Source: an uncultured delta proteobacterium (lineage in GTDB: Bacteria > Myxococcota > Myxococcia > Myxococcales > Myxococcaceae). From it: DNA of 64,000 bases. Positions 10,313 through 22,893 of this stretch are shown piece after piece. The stretch spans positions 32,001-96,000 of the forward strand of contig CAVYSY010000036.1 of the NCBI GenBank assembly GCA_963771175.1, given 5' to 3'. The position numbers and the translations under genes are program-made. Position 1 is the first letter of the stretch. Each line of letters starts with the position of its first letter. The notes beneath the pieces are model-generated. The model was not told the DNA's origin. It did no database searches and was given only the letters and a program-made list of their open reading frames with translations.

Positions 10313-12070
10313 CTACGACGCGGGCTGGTCCTTCTTCGACGCCGGCACCTGAAGGCCCGCCGAGCGCGCCAGGCCCATGACGCCCTCCACCGCCGCCGCG
10401 ATGTAGCCGAACGGGTTGGCCCCATCCACCGCCGTCACGTGCACCTCGCCCATCTTCTGCTGGAACGCCGCCGCTACCTGCGGCAACTGCTGCGCCAGCA
10501 CGAGCTGGATGGACTCCGGCGACAGCGTGTTGTCGATCTCCTTGAGCGCACGCACTCGCGCCAGCTCCGGATCCTGCGTGATGCGGGCCTTGCGCGCCTC
10601 CATCTCCGCCATGGCCAGCTCCGCCTCGGCGATCGCGCACCGCGCCTCGGCCACCTTCGCCTGCGCCCGGGTCCGCTCCGCCTCCTGATGTAGCACCGCC
10701 ATCATCGCCCCGTGCCGCGCCGTCTGCGCCTGCTGCTCCTGGTGCAGCTTCTCCAGCTCCGCCTCCGCGCGCACCGCCGCCATCTGCCGCTCGTGCGCCA
10801 GCCGCGCCGCCTCCTGCTCCTGCTCCAGTTTCAGCCGCTCCAGCTCCGCCTGCGCCATCGCCGTCGCCAGCGCGCGCTCATTCGTCAGCTTCGCCGCCTG
10901 CGCCTGCTGCTCCAGCTTCAGCTTCTCCAGCTCCGCCTGCGAACGCGACGTCGCCAGGCCCCGCTCCTGGGCCAGCTTCGCCTCCGCCATCCGCCGCTCG
11001 GCTTCCAGCGCCGCCAGCTTCTGCGCCTCCTCGGCCTTCCCCTTCTGCTCCCGCACCTCCAGCTCGGCGTTCAGCTTCGCCAGCGCCGTCTCGCGCTCCA
11101 GCGACACCTGCGCCTGCCGCGTGCTCCGCTCCTTCGCGACGCGCGCCTCCTCCACGCGCGACTCGACCGCCAGCGACTCCAGCTTCGCCTGCTCCTCCGC
11201 CTCCTGCCGCTTGTGCCGGACCTCCTCCTCCGTCGCCAGCCGCGTCAGGGAAATCTGCCGCTCGGCCTCCGCCTCCTCCTTTCGGATGAAGCGCTCCTTC
11301 GCCAGCTCCGCCTCGCGCGCCACCCGCTCCTGCTCCTGCCGGAAGCGCGCCTGCATGTTCGCGAACACCGTGTCCGAGAGCACCCGCACGTCCTGGATTT
11401 CAATCGTGTCCAGGACCACGCCCCAGCCCGAGTCCGACCGGTCCTCCAGCCGCCCCTTGCCCGACACCACCGGGGCAATCTCGCGCATCAGCTCCGTGGC
11501 GATGCCCTCCTTGCGCTTGGAGAGGCACTCCTCCACCGAGAGGTTGGCCACCAGCCGCCGCACCGCGCCCACGAACATCTCGCGCAGCAGCTCCGCCAGC
11601 TTCTGCTGCGCCCGCTCCGGGAAGGAGAAGTTCAGCATCCGGAAGGCCACCAGCGGGTCGACAATCCGGTACACCGCCAGACCCGTCACCTGCACGCCGA
11701 CCTTCTCGCTCGTCACCTGGTCCGCGGTGAACTGCAGCCGCTGCACGCTGGTGGGGACGATGGCCACCGCGTCGCCCGGCAGCTTGAAGCACGAGGCGCC
11801 CTGCCCGCTCACCTCGCGCACGCGGCCCCGGCGCATGTGGATGAGGAACTCGCTCGGCCGCGCGGTGACGAGGCCCCACTTCTTCATCTTCTCCGGGTCC
11901 TCCTCCGGCTTGCCCGCCCGCCACCCCTCCCGGTACTGACGCGGGTCATGGCCTCCCCCATGCGACGGCTCACCCCCGCCACTCCGCATCAGGTCGGACC
12001 GGCCGCCCACCGACAGCTCCATGGCCCCCGCCGCGTTCAGCTTGACGGCCCGCTTCTCGTTCGTACTCAT
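10313..12070 (-). CDS. SPFH/flotillin-like protein with long coiled coil
   Basis: SPFH core (VQVTGLAVYRIVDP...WGVVLDTIEIQDV) followed by an E/A/R-rich coiled coil. Confidence 0.85.
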   Translation of the reverse strand: MSTNEKRAVKLNAAGAMELSVGGRSDLMRSGGGEPSHGGGHDPRQYREGWRAGKPEEDPEKMKKWGLVTARPSEFLIHMRRGRVREVSGQGASCFKLPGDAVAIVPTSVQRLQFTADQVTSEKVGVQVTGLAVYRIVDPLVAFRMLNFSFPERAQQKLAELLREMFVGAVRRLVANLSVEECLSKRKEGIATELMREIAPVVSGKGRLEDRSDSGWGVVLDTIEIQDVRVLSDTVFANMQARFRQEQERVAREAELAKERFIRKEEAEAERQISLTRLATEEEVRHKRQEAEEQAKLESLAVESRVEEARVAKERSTRQAQVSLERETALAKLNAELEVREQKGKAEEAQKLAALEAERRMAEAKLAQERGLATSRSQAELEKLKLEQQAQAAKLTNERALATAMAQAELERLKLEQEQEAARLAHERQMAAVRAEAELEKLHQEQQAQTARHGAMMAVLHQEAERTRAQAKVAEARCAIAEAELAMAEMEARKARITQDPELARVRALKEIDNTLSPESIQLVLAQQLPQVAAAFQQKMGEVHVTAVDGANPFGYIAAAVEGVMGLARSAGLQVPASKKDQPAS

Positions 12071-12204
12071 CGGCGCATCCCTCCGGAAGTCACGGACTCC
12101 TGGGATTGCAGCCTGTCGGCCAAGGCGCCGCTGCCCTGAAATCGCGCACTTGGCGGAAAGGGGTGCTCCAGGGTGGCGCGGGTGCCCCAAGGTGGAGCGC
12201 CCCG

Positions 12205-12333
12205 GACCGGCCCAGTCGTGATAGAGGACTGGTTCGGTCCTGTAGGTGGTTATTAGAGACCCGGACGCCCCCTCCTTATGTCGGCTTGACCGGGGGGGTC
12301 CCGATTTTATAATTGACCGGTCCAGTCCACATT
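12205..12333 (+). promoter_or_regulatory. isc promoter (TTGACC-N16-TATAAT) overlapped by four GAC-N7-GTC operator-like boxes
   Basis: TTGACC 12286-12291, TATAAT 12308-12313; boxes at 12205-12217, 12227-12239, 12288-12300 and 12315-12327 resemble the Rrf2/IscR type-1 site core. Confidence 0.65.
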
Positions 12334-12425
12334 AGGTGCGCCGATGTAGGAGCACTCAAGGGACTCGCGGGGTTACCCCGACCCACCGGCGAGGGGACGG
12401 ACAATCGCCCGGAAGGTTTACCGAG

Positions 12426-13864
<1,439 letters not shown>

Positions 13865-13888
13865 TGACAAGGCTTCATAAGGGAGCCC

Positions 13889-14291
13889 ATGGCTTACAGC
13901 GACAAGGTCATCGACCACTACGAGAACCCCCGCAACGTCGGCACGCTCGACAAGGACGGACCCCAACGTGGGCACCGGCCTGGTCGGCGCGCCGGCCTGC
14001 GGCGACGTGATGCGCCTGCAGCTGAAGATCACCGACGAGGGCGTCATCGAGGACGCCAAGTTCAAGACCTTCGGCTGCGGCTCGGCCATCGCCTCCAGCT
14101 CGCTGGTCACCGAGTGGGTGAAGGGCAAGACGGTGGACCAGGCGATGGACGATCACCAACAAGGACATCGCGCGGGAGCTGTCGCTGCCGCCGGTGAAGA
14201 TCCACTGCTCGGTGCTCGCCGAGGACGCCATCAAGGCGGCCATCGCCGACTTCAAGAAGAAGCGCGAGGCCGCGCGCAGCAGAAGGCGTAG
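13889..14291 (+). CDS. iscU: Fe-S scaffold IscU (frameshifts; end approximate)
   Basis: [60 protein letters not shown]. Confidence 0.93.
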
Positions 14292-14316
14292 CGGCCCGAG
14301 TGCAAGGAGACGCGTG

Positions 14317-14719
14317 ATGAACGAGCAGGCGACCAATCAGACGAGCCAGACGCCGCACCCGACGCCTGCCGCCCCGGCCGCGAAGCCGGCGCGCGGCATC
14401 ACGCTGGCCGACAGCGCGGTGGCGCGGCTCCAGAAGCTGCTCGCCGAGCGCAACACGCCCGAGGCCGGGCCTGCGCGTCGCGGTGAAGGGCGGCGGCTGC
14501 TCGGGGCTGGCCTACGTCATGGAGTGGGCCGAGAAGCCGCGCGAGAAGGACAAGATCTTCGAGCGCGACGGCGTGCGCGTCTTCGTCGACCCGAAGAGCT
14601 ACCTGTACCTGCATCGGCACGGAGCTCGTGTACGAGAAGACGCTGATGGCCTCGGGCTTCAAGCTGAAGAACCCCAACGTGAAGGCCCCTGCGGCTGCGG
14701 CGAGAGCTTCACGGTCTGA
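14317..14719 (+). CDS. iscA: Fe-S assembly A-type carrier IscA (frameshifts)
   Basis: ITLADSAV, KGGGCSGLAY, VFVDPKS, CGCGESF. Confidence 0.9.
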
Positions 14720-14808
14720 CGCCGCCCCTCTCCCATGAGGGAGTCATCCTGGGGCTCGGCCGCGGCAAGCCGGGCCCTTTGGTCTTTCCCCCGGAAAGGG
14801 GACGTGAA

Positions 14809-15443
14809 GTGAACTGCTGGAACTGCCAGACGGACACGGCGGGGCGCCCGTTCTGCCCGGCCTGCGGCAAGATCGCCGCCCGGCCGCCCGGCGCCACCCA
14901 CTTCGACGTCTTCGGGCTGCCGCAGCGCGTACGACGTGGACGTGCCGGCGCTGGAGCAGCAGCTACCGGGAGCTGTCGCTGCAGCTGCACCCGGACCGGT
15001 TCGCCCAGGCGGAGGCGCGCGAGCGCCGGCTGTCGCTGGAGCAGACCACGGCGCTCAACGAGGCCTACAAGACGCTCAAGGACCCGCACGAGCGCGCCTT
15101 CTACCTGCTGAAGCTGCACGGCGTGGACCTGGAGCGCGAGGACGCCGGCAGCGCAGAAGGACATGCCCCTCGAGTTCCTCGAGGAGGTGATGGAGCTGCG
15201 CGAGGCGCTGGACGAGGCCATGGCAGCCGAAGAACCTGGAGCGCGGCCCAGAAGATGGCCGCGGACGTGGCGGGCCGGCCGGAAGGCCGCCCTCGCGGAG
15301 GCCGTGGCCGCGCTGCGCACCCTGGAGCGGCGGCGGGCCGGCGACGTGCATCGGTGCACAAGGCATCGCACGCGCTGGGACGGGTGCGGTACTTCACGCG
15401 CTTCCTCGAGGAGGTGGACGCCTTCGAGGAGGAGACTGCTGTC

Positions 15444-15447
<4 letters not shown>
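14809..15447 (+). CDS. hscB: Co-chaperone HscB with N-terminal CxxC-CxxC zinc finger (frameshifts)
   Basis: CWNC...FCPACG, LHPDRF J-domain motif, [25 protein letters not shown]. Confidence 0.88.
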
Positions 15448-17307
<1,860 letters not shown>

Positions 17308-17312
17308 AAGCC

Positions 17313-17693
17313 GTGCCCAAGGTCACCTTCAGGAGCCCCCTGGACGACGTCACCGTGGAGGTGCCGACGGGGACCACCCTCCTCGAGGCCGCCGAGCAGT
17401 GCGGCGCCCAGGTGGGCCACTCCTGCGGCGGGCGTCTGCGCCTGCTCCACCTGCCACGTGTGGGTGCAGCAAGGGCCTGGAGTCGCTCTCCGAGCAGAGG
17501 ACGCAGGAGATGGACCGGCTGGACCAGGCCTTCGACGTGCGCCCCTACTCCCGCCTGGCCTGCCAGACCGAGGTGGGGAACGAGGATCTCGTGGTGGAGA
17601 TCACCGAGGAGTCCCTCACGGCCTTCATGGACGAGAACCCGGCCATCCGGCGCCGGCTCGGAGGCCGAGGGGAAGTGGCCGCTGAAGAAGTGA
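17313..17693 (+). CDS. fdx: ISC-type 2Fe-2S ferredoxin (frameshifts)
   Basis: VPKVTF...HSCGG(V)CACSTCHV...SRLACQ. Confidence 0.88.
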   Translation: MPKVTFRSPLDDVTVEVPTGTTLLEAAEQCGAQVGHSCGGRLRLLHLPRVGAARAWSRSPSRGRRRWTGWTRPSTCAPTPAWPARPRWGTRISWWRSPRSPSRPSWTRTRPSGAGSEAEGKWPLKK

Positions 17694-17708
17694 CGTTGCA
17701 CAACGTGC

Positions 17709-17737
17709 TTGACGGGGCCGACTGAGGCATCTATACA
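17709..17737 (+). promoter_or_regulatory. Probable sigma70-type promoter for the tRNA
   Basis: TTGACG-N17-TATACA about 40 bp upstream of tRNA-Leu. Confidence 0.55.
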
Positions 17738-17778
17738 CCGCCCCGTCAACGCGCGCACCGCCGAGACGCCGCACCGCC

Positions 17779-17862
17779 GCCCAGGTGGTGGAATTGGTAG
17801 ACACACTAGATTCAGGGTCTAGCGCCTGCAAGGGCATGGAGGTTCGAGTCCTCTCCTGGGCA
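17779..17862 (+). tRNA. tRNA-Leu (anticodon CAG)
   Basis: GCCCAGG/CCTGGGC acceptor stem, D-loop GGAATTGGTAGAC, anticodon arm CTAGA-TTCAGGG-TCTAG, long variable arm, GGTTCGAGTCC T-arm; no encoded CCA. Confidence 0.97.
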
Positions 17863-17868
17863 CTGAAG

Positions 17869-17900
17869 AAGGCCCCGACTGAAAAGTCGGGGCCTTTTTC
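17869..17900 (+). terminator. Rho-independent terminator
   Basis: AAGGCCCCGACT-GAAA-AGTCGGGGCCTT followed by T-run. Confidence 0.85.
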
Positions 17901-17919
17901 ATTTTCAGCCCTGTCCCCC

Positions 17920-19001
17920 TCAGCTCGGGGCGTGGACGGGCTGCACGGCCTCGTGGGCCACATGGCTGGTGGCCTCGCGCGCCAGACTGCCGCCCTTGCG
18001 CAGGTCCCGGAGGCGGATGCCGCGCATGCGCACGGAGAGGGCCCCCACCGTCACCTGGCTCAGCACGGTGCCCAGGTGGGTGAGGATGGAGAAGGCCGCC
18101 GCGTCCTCCGGCGTGGCGCCCAGGCTCCGCGCGGCCCAGCTGGTGACGAAGTAGTAGATGCCCATGCCCGCCGGCACCCCGGGGAGCGACTGGCCGAGCG
18201 CGATGGCGCCCAGGACGACGGCGCCGGCGAAGAGGCCCCCGCGCACGCCGATGCCCCGCAGGGCCAGCCCGTAGGCCAGGGCGGGCGCCAGCACCGGCCC
18301 GATGGAGAAGAACAGCGCCACCGCCATGCCCCGGAAGCTGCGCGCGGTGCCCAGGCCCTCGGACACGTGCCCCAGCAGGTGCCGCACCCGTGGCAGCGGT
18401 GCTTGCGCTCCAACGCTCGGGCGAGCGGCAGCGCGTAGTGGGCCAGCAGCACCACCAGCACCACCAGTCCCACGCACAGCCCCACCGCTATCCGCAGCGG
18501 GCCGGCGAAGTGGGCCATCGTCTCGCCGAAGGGTCCGACGAAGGACAGCGCCACCAGCAGCATCAGCGCGGCGAACTCCAGCAGCTTGCACACCACCACC
18601 GAGCCCAGCGACTGCAGGAACGGAATCCGCTGGGAGCGCGCCATCAGGAAGGAGCGGATGAAGTCCCCCAGCTTCCCGGGCAGCGCGTTGTGGGTGAAGG
18701 CACCGATAGCCACCAGGTGGTAGCGCTCGAGGAAGGGCACGGGCTTGCTCAGCGTCCTCTGCCACTGCGCCGCCCGCAGCGGGAGGATGGAGGCCGACAG
18801 CAGCATGAAGGGGATGAGCCAGGGCAGGTGCCCGGGCAGGTCGTGCACGAACTTCCCCAGCGGGAAGCGCGGGATGAGCAGCGGCCCGTCCCCGCCCAGG
18901 TTCCACCGGAAGAAGGCGCTGGAGATGAGGATGACGGAGAGCACCACCCCCACCAGCACCGCCAGCACCTTGAGGAACGTCCGGCCCGCTGGCCGATTCA
19001 T
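17920..19001 (-). CDS. Lysylphosphatidylglycerol synthase TM-domain (UPF0104) membrane protein (frameshift near 18390)
   Basis: LRAAQW...HNALPGKLGDFIRS (ORF 18060..19001) continuing as LPGVPAGMGIYY...AAAFSILTH (ORF 17920..19077). Confidence 0.8.
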
Positions 19002-20599
19002 GTCGCCCCCGCCATCCTCTCCGCCGAGTACACCGTCGGCCGGCGCTCCTCGCGGTACACGTCCGAGAGCCGCTCATTGAGCTGCACGCAGTGGCTCAGC
19101 CCGGACAGGTCCACCGGCGCGTCGCGCGGCCAGCAGATGAGGCTGGACGTCTCCGTGCGGGTGAGGCCGCCATGCGAGCCGAACTCCCAGGCGAAGCCCA
19201 CCGTGCCGCCTCGCGACACCGCCTGACCGAAGAGCACCAGGTCTCCCGCGGTGGACATGTGCGGCAGCTCGCGCAGGAAGTCCGCCACCGCGCGGCGCGA
19301 GAACTCCGCCGACAGCGGCGCGCTGTCGAGCTCCTCCGGCCCGTACACCCGGCCCTGGACGACGGCCACCGCCGAGGCGCCCCGGCGCATCGTCACGATG
19401 CCGATGTCCGGGTGGCGCACGGCCCGCGCGAGCACCTCCGGGTGGCGCGCCACGAGCTGCGCGGCCTCGAGCGGCTTCTGCTCTCGCGTCAGGTAGACGT
19501 GGGAGAAGTTGCCGGACTCGACGACGACCGGCTCCGACGGGACGTACTCCCCGGCATCCACCGGGTGCGGGCGGCCGTCGAGCAGACCCCGCGCCACGTC
19601 CTCGGAGAGCGGCAGGGGCTCGCCGCGCAGGAGGATGTCCTCGAGGCGCTGCCCCGAGCGCTGCTCGAGCGGGTGGCTGTCCACGTGGCCGTGGTCCGTG
19701 ACGAAGATGATGTCGTAGCCGGGCTCCACGGCCTTGGCCACGGCGTAGAGCTCGGCGAGGTAGGCGTCCACGCGGCGCAGCTCCGCGAGCGCCTGCTGCG
19801 ACCGCGGGCCCCGGCGGTGGGCCACCTCGTCATAGTTGCCGAAGACGAGGTAGACGACGGGCACGCCGCGCACCATGTCCACCAGGGCCTTGGTATGGGC
19901 GAAGCTCCACCCGAGCCGCTGGAGGAAGACGCGGCTGACGAGGAAGCCACGCTCGTGGCGCCAGTCCCGGAGCGCGCGGCCCCAGCGGTACACCTCGGTG
20001 AAGGCCTTCCACACATCGCCGCCGAGTGAGCGGAGGTACGAGAGCGGCGTCTGCGTGCGCGCCACGAGGATGCCTTCCATCTCGCTCGTGTAGTTGCGCG
20101 CCATCAGCTTGAGGCTCGCCAGCGTGCTCATGCACAGGCGGTTGTCGGCCTCGGCCTGGAAGAGCGAGAAGTAGGTGTGTCCGCCGCCGGCCAGCAGGCT
20201 CGTCCCGGTGCGGCGGCCCAGCCGCTCCTCGATGGCGAGCGTGTCCCGCGGGGTGCTCATCATCACCTTGCGACCGAGCTGCCGATCGAACCAGCTATAG
20301 GCCGGCAGGTTGGGATGGCGCAGGCCGTAGAGCAGGCCCGCCTGGAAGAAGGGCGTTGAGGCAGGCGAGCCCCAGAACGCATCGTCCATGAAGTAGGCAC
20401 CCGAGCGAACGAGCTTCGCGAAGAAGGGCATCCACCCCGTCCGGACGGACTCTTCCAGGTGCACCTTGGGCACACCGTCCAGGTGGACGACGAACAGCCC
20501 ACGTCGCCGGGTGTTCGCCACGGGGCCAACCCTGGCCCCCACACGCCGCACGTACTCTCGGGCCCACGACCGAAGCTGCGGGTTGATGACTTCGTTCAC
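18998..20599 (-). CDS. Alkaline phosphatase / type I phosphodiesterase family protein
   Basis: VVHLDG, PASTP, YDEVAHRRGP, VTDHGH, GSHGG metal-binding motifs; start at GTG 20599 inferred. Confidence 0.85.
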   Translation of the reverse strand: MNEVINPQLRSWAREYVRRVGARVGPVANTRRRGLFVVHLDGVPKVHLEESVRTGWMPFFAKLVRSGAYFMDDAFWGSPASTPFFQAGLLYGLRHPNLPAYSWFDRQLGRKVMMSTPRDTLAIEERLGRRTGTSLLAGGGHTYFSLFQAEADNRLCMSTLASLKLMARNYTSEMEGILVARTQTPLSYLRSLGGDVWKAFTEVYRWGRALRDWRHERGFLVSRVFLQRLGWSFAHTKALVDMVRGVPVVYLVFGNYDEVAHRRGPRSQQALAELRRVDAYLAELYAVAKAVEPGYDIIFVTDHGHVDSHPLEQRSGQRLEDILLRGEPLPLSEDVARGLLDGRPHPVDAGEYVPSEPVVVESGNFSHVYLTREQKPLEAAQLVARHPEVLARAVRHPDIGIVTMRRGASAVAVVQGRVYGPEELDSAPLSAEFSRRAVADFLRELPHMSTAGDLVLFGQAVSRGGTVGFAWEFGSHGGLTRTETSSLICWPRDAPVDLSGLSHCVQLNERLSDVYREERRPTVYSAERMAGAT

Positions 20600-20735
20600 G
20601 TTGTGGCCTCCCCTCCCCCCGTGGCCATGATGCGCACCGAGGTGGCCACCAGCCGTGCGAGCCGGGAGGCCCCGTCGGAGGGCAGCCAGACGGGCACGCG
20701 CCTCGAACGTCGAGATGGTCGCACCCCTTGTGCAC

Positions 20736-21941
20736 ATGTCACCTTGGGGCGTGATGCTGACGACCGCGCTGCTGTTGACCACCCTGGCCACCGCCACGGC
20801 CGCCGCCCCGAGTGCCCCGCCTTCCGCGACCACCGCCCCGGTGGAAGAGCCGCCGAAGAAGGAGCGGGGCGTGGACGCCATCGTGCTGCCACTGCTGAGC
20901 TACAACTCGGACCAGGGCTTCACGTATGGCGGCGTGGCCGGAGCGTACCTGTACGCGCCCGGACACACCCCGTACCAGCACGGCATCGCGCTCCAGGCGA
21001 TGTTCACCAGCCGCGGGCAGCAGAGCCACTACCTGCGCTACGACGGGCCGCAGCTCATCGGGCCCATGCGGCTGGAGCTGCGCCTGGAGTACCGGCGCGA
21101 GCTGCGCAGCCCCTTCTACGGTCCGGGCAACGTGTCCGCGCAGGACTTCACGGGGGACGAGAACCAGGAGCGCTTCAACTACAAGAAGGGCTCGCCCGGC
21201 GCGTGGGTGCGCCTGCGCGGCCGGCCCTTCGGGGAGACGCACCCCTTCCAGTCCTACGTGGGCTACTCCTGGCGGTACACGGAGGTGGATCCGTTCGACG
21301 CCTCGGTGCTGCAGGAGCTCAAGCCGGTGGGGATTGAAGGCGGACCCACGGGGCAGATCAGCGCGGGCGTGCTCTGGGACACGCGCGACAACGAGACGGA
21401 CCCGAGCCGCGGGGGCGTGGAGGAGCTGGCGCTGCGCGTGTCGGGGAGCGCCACGGGGAGCCGCTACCAGTACGCGGGCGTGACGCTGAGCGAGCGGCGC
21501 TACTGGAAGCTGAACTCGCGCTTCCTCGTGGCGCAGCGGCTGACGCTGGACGTGCTGTTCGGCGAGGTGCCCTTCTTCGAGTGGGTGAACACCGGCGGCG
21601 TGAGCACCTCCGAGGGCATCGGCGGCATGAGCAGCGTGCGCGGCATCGAGCGCAACCGGTTCGCGGGCAACATCAAGGCCTTCACGAACACGGAGCTGCG
21701 CTTCCGCGCCTTCGACTTCAATCTGTTCAAGGCGCCGGTGACGGTGGGCGGCGTGGCCTTCGTGGACCTGGGGCGCGTGTGGCACCCGGGCGTGACGGAC
21801 GGCCCGTGGTGGAAGTGGCACCCGGGCGTGGGCGGCGGCCTGCGGCTCACCCGGCGCGCGGCGGTGGTGCGCTTCGACTTCGCCATCTCCCCCGAGACGG
21901 GCCGAAGCCGCATGTACCTGAACTTCGGGCACATGTTCTGA
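20736..21941 (+). CDS. Omp85/BamA-family outer membrane beta-barrel protein
   Basis: Signal peptide, DTRDN..P..G, SVRGIERNRF, FVDLGRVW, C-terminal YLNFGHMF. Confidence 0.88.
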   Translation: MSPWGVMLTTALLLTTLATATAAAPSAPPSATTAPVEEPPKKERGVDAIVLPLLSYNSDQGFTYGGVAGAYLYAPGHTPYQHGIALQAMFTSRGQQSHYLRYDGPQLIGPMRLELRLEYRRELRSPFYGPGNVSAQDFTGDENQERFNYKKGSPGAWVRLRGRPFGETHPFQSYVGYSWRYTEVDPFDASVLQELKPVGIEGGPTGQISAGVLWDTRDNETDPSRGGVEELALRVSGSATGSRYQYAGVTLSERRYWKLNSRFLVAQRLTLDVLFGEVPFFEWVNTGGVSTSEGIGGMSSVRGIERNRFAGNIKAFTNTELRFRAFDFNLFKAPVTVGGVAFVDLGRVWHPGVTDGPWWKWHPGVGGGLRLTRRAAVVRFDFAISPETGRSRMYLNFGHMF

Positions 21942-21951
21942 GCGGCTCGCC

Positions 21952-22863
21952 TCACCTGGGCCGAGCGGGCTCCTGGAATCGGCGCAGCGAGGACCAGGGG
22001 AAGGGCTTCCAGAAGGGCGTCGCCACTTCCTCCCCGTCCAGCGAGAACCAGGGGCCGTCCTCGCCCGGCGAGAGGACGTGGAAGTCCTGCGCCGGGATGA
22101 AGCCCTGGCCGAGCAGTGCCACCCGCTCGCCCTGGGCGTTGCGCGCCACGTCCAGCACGAGCACCGCGTGCCCCGGGCTGCCGCCCAGCACGAAGAAGTC
22201 CCCCGGCCGCACGTCCTCGCGCTTGGGGCGCTGCGCCTCGGCGGCCAGCGACAGCGTCCCCGCGTAGGTGAAGACCAGGTCCAGGTACGCGCGGAACGAG
22301 GCGCGCGAGCCATCCACCGGCCCGCTCTTCACCCACGTCACCTTGGAGCCGGACACGCGGGCCCGGTCGCCGGCCGAGTAGCGCGTCCAGGACGCCAGGT
22401 GCCCGCTGGTGAAGCGGTAGGCGACGCGCTCCTTCTGGCCCCGCGACCACAGCCACTCGGCATGGAGGCGGATGATGGAGTCCGCGCACTGCTGGAGGTT
22501 GGCCGAGCCCACGTCCAGCTCGGCCACCGCCGCGAGGGAGGAGTCGTCCCCGGCGAGAATCTCCTGCGCCCGGAAGTCCCGCACCGGAGTGCCCTCCGGA
22601 CGCAGCGGCAGGCCGCGCAGCCACTCCCCGAAGGAGCCCGCCTCGACCGACACCCGCGTGTAGCCGGACGGAGGCGGAAGGGCCTCGGCGAGCGGGCGGA
22701 TGGGACGCTCCGCGGAGAGCCAGGGGTAGCGGGCCCGCTCCTCGCGCGTGGGCACGCGGGGTTCAGCGGAGCCCGCCGCCGCGCCTCCCGGCAGTCCCAG
22801 CAGGAAGACGAACGACACGAGCAGCAACAGGCGGTGGGGTGTCTGGCACATGAGCAGCCTCAT
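21952..22863 (-). CDS. DUF4846-family secreted protein
   Basis: SFGEWLRGLPL, LQQCADSIIRLHAE, YAGTLSL, GSPGHAVLVLDVA, GFIPAQ. Confidence 0.8.
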   Translation of the reverse strand: MRLLMCQTPHRLLLLVSFVFLLGLPGGAAAGSAEPRVPTREERARYPWLSAERPIRPLAEALPPPSGYTRVSVEAGSFGEWLRGLPLRPEGTPVRDFRAQEILAGDDSSLAAVAELDVGSANLQQCADSIIRLHAEWLWSRGQKERVAYRFTSGHLASWTRYSAGDRARVSGSKVTWVKSGPVDGSRASFRAYLDLVFTYAGTLSLAAEAQRPKREDVRPGDFFVLGGSPGHAVLVLDVARNAQGERVALLGQGFIPAQDFHVLSPGEDGPWFSLDGEEVATPFWKPFPWSSLRRFQEPARPR

Positions 22864-22893
22864 GCTCCGACACCCCGCCCGCTCGCGCCAGGG

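Noticed and set aside
17779..17900. tRNA-Leu as an integration site
   Set aside because: I saw no duplicated tRNA 3' end and no integrase in the window; the terminator follows directly.
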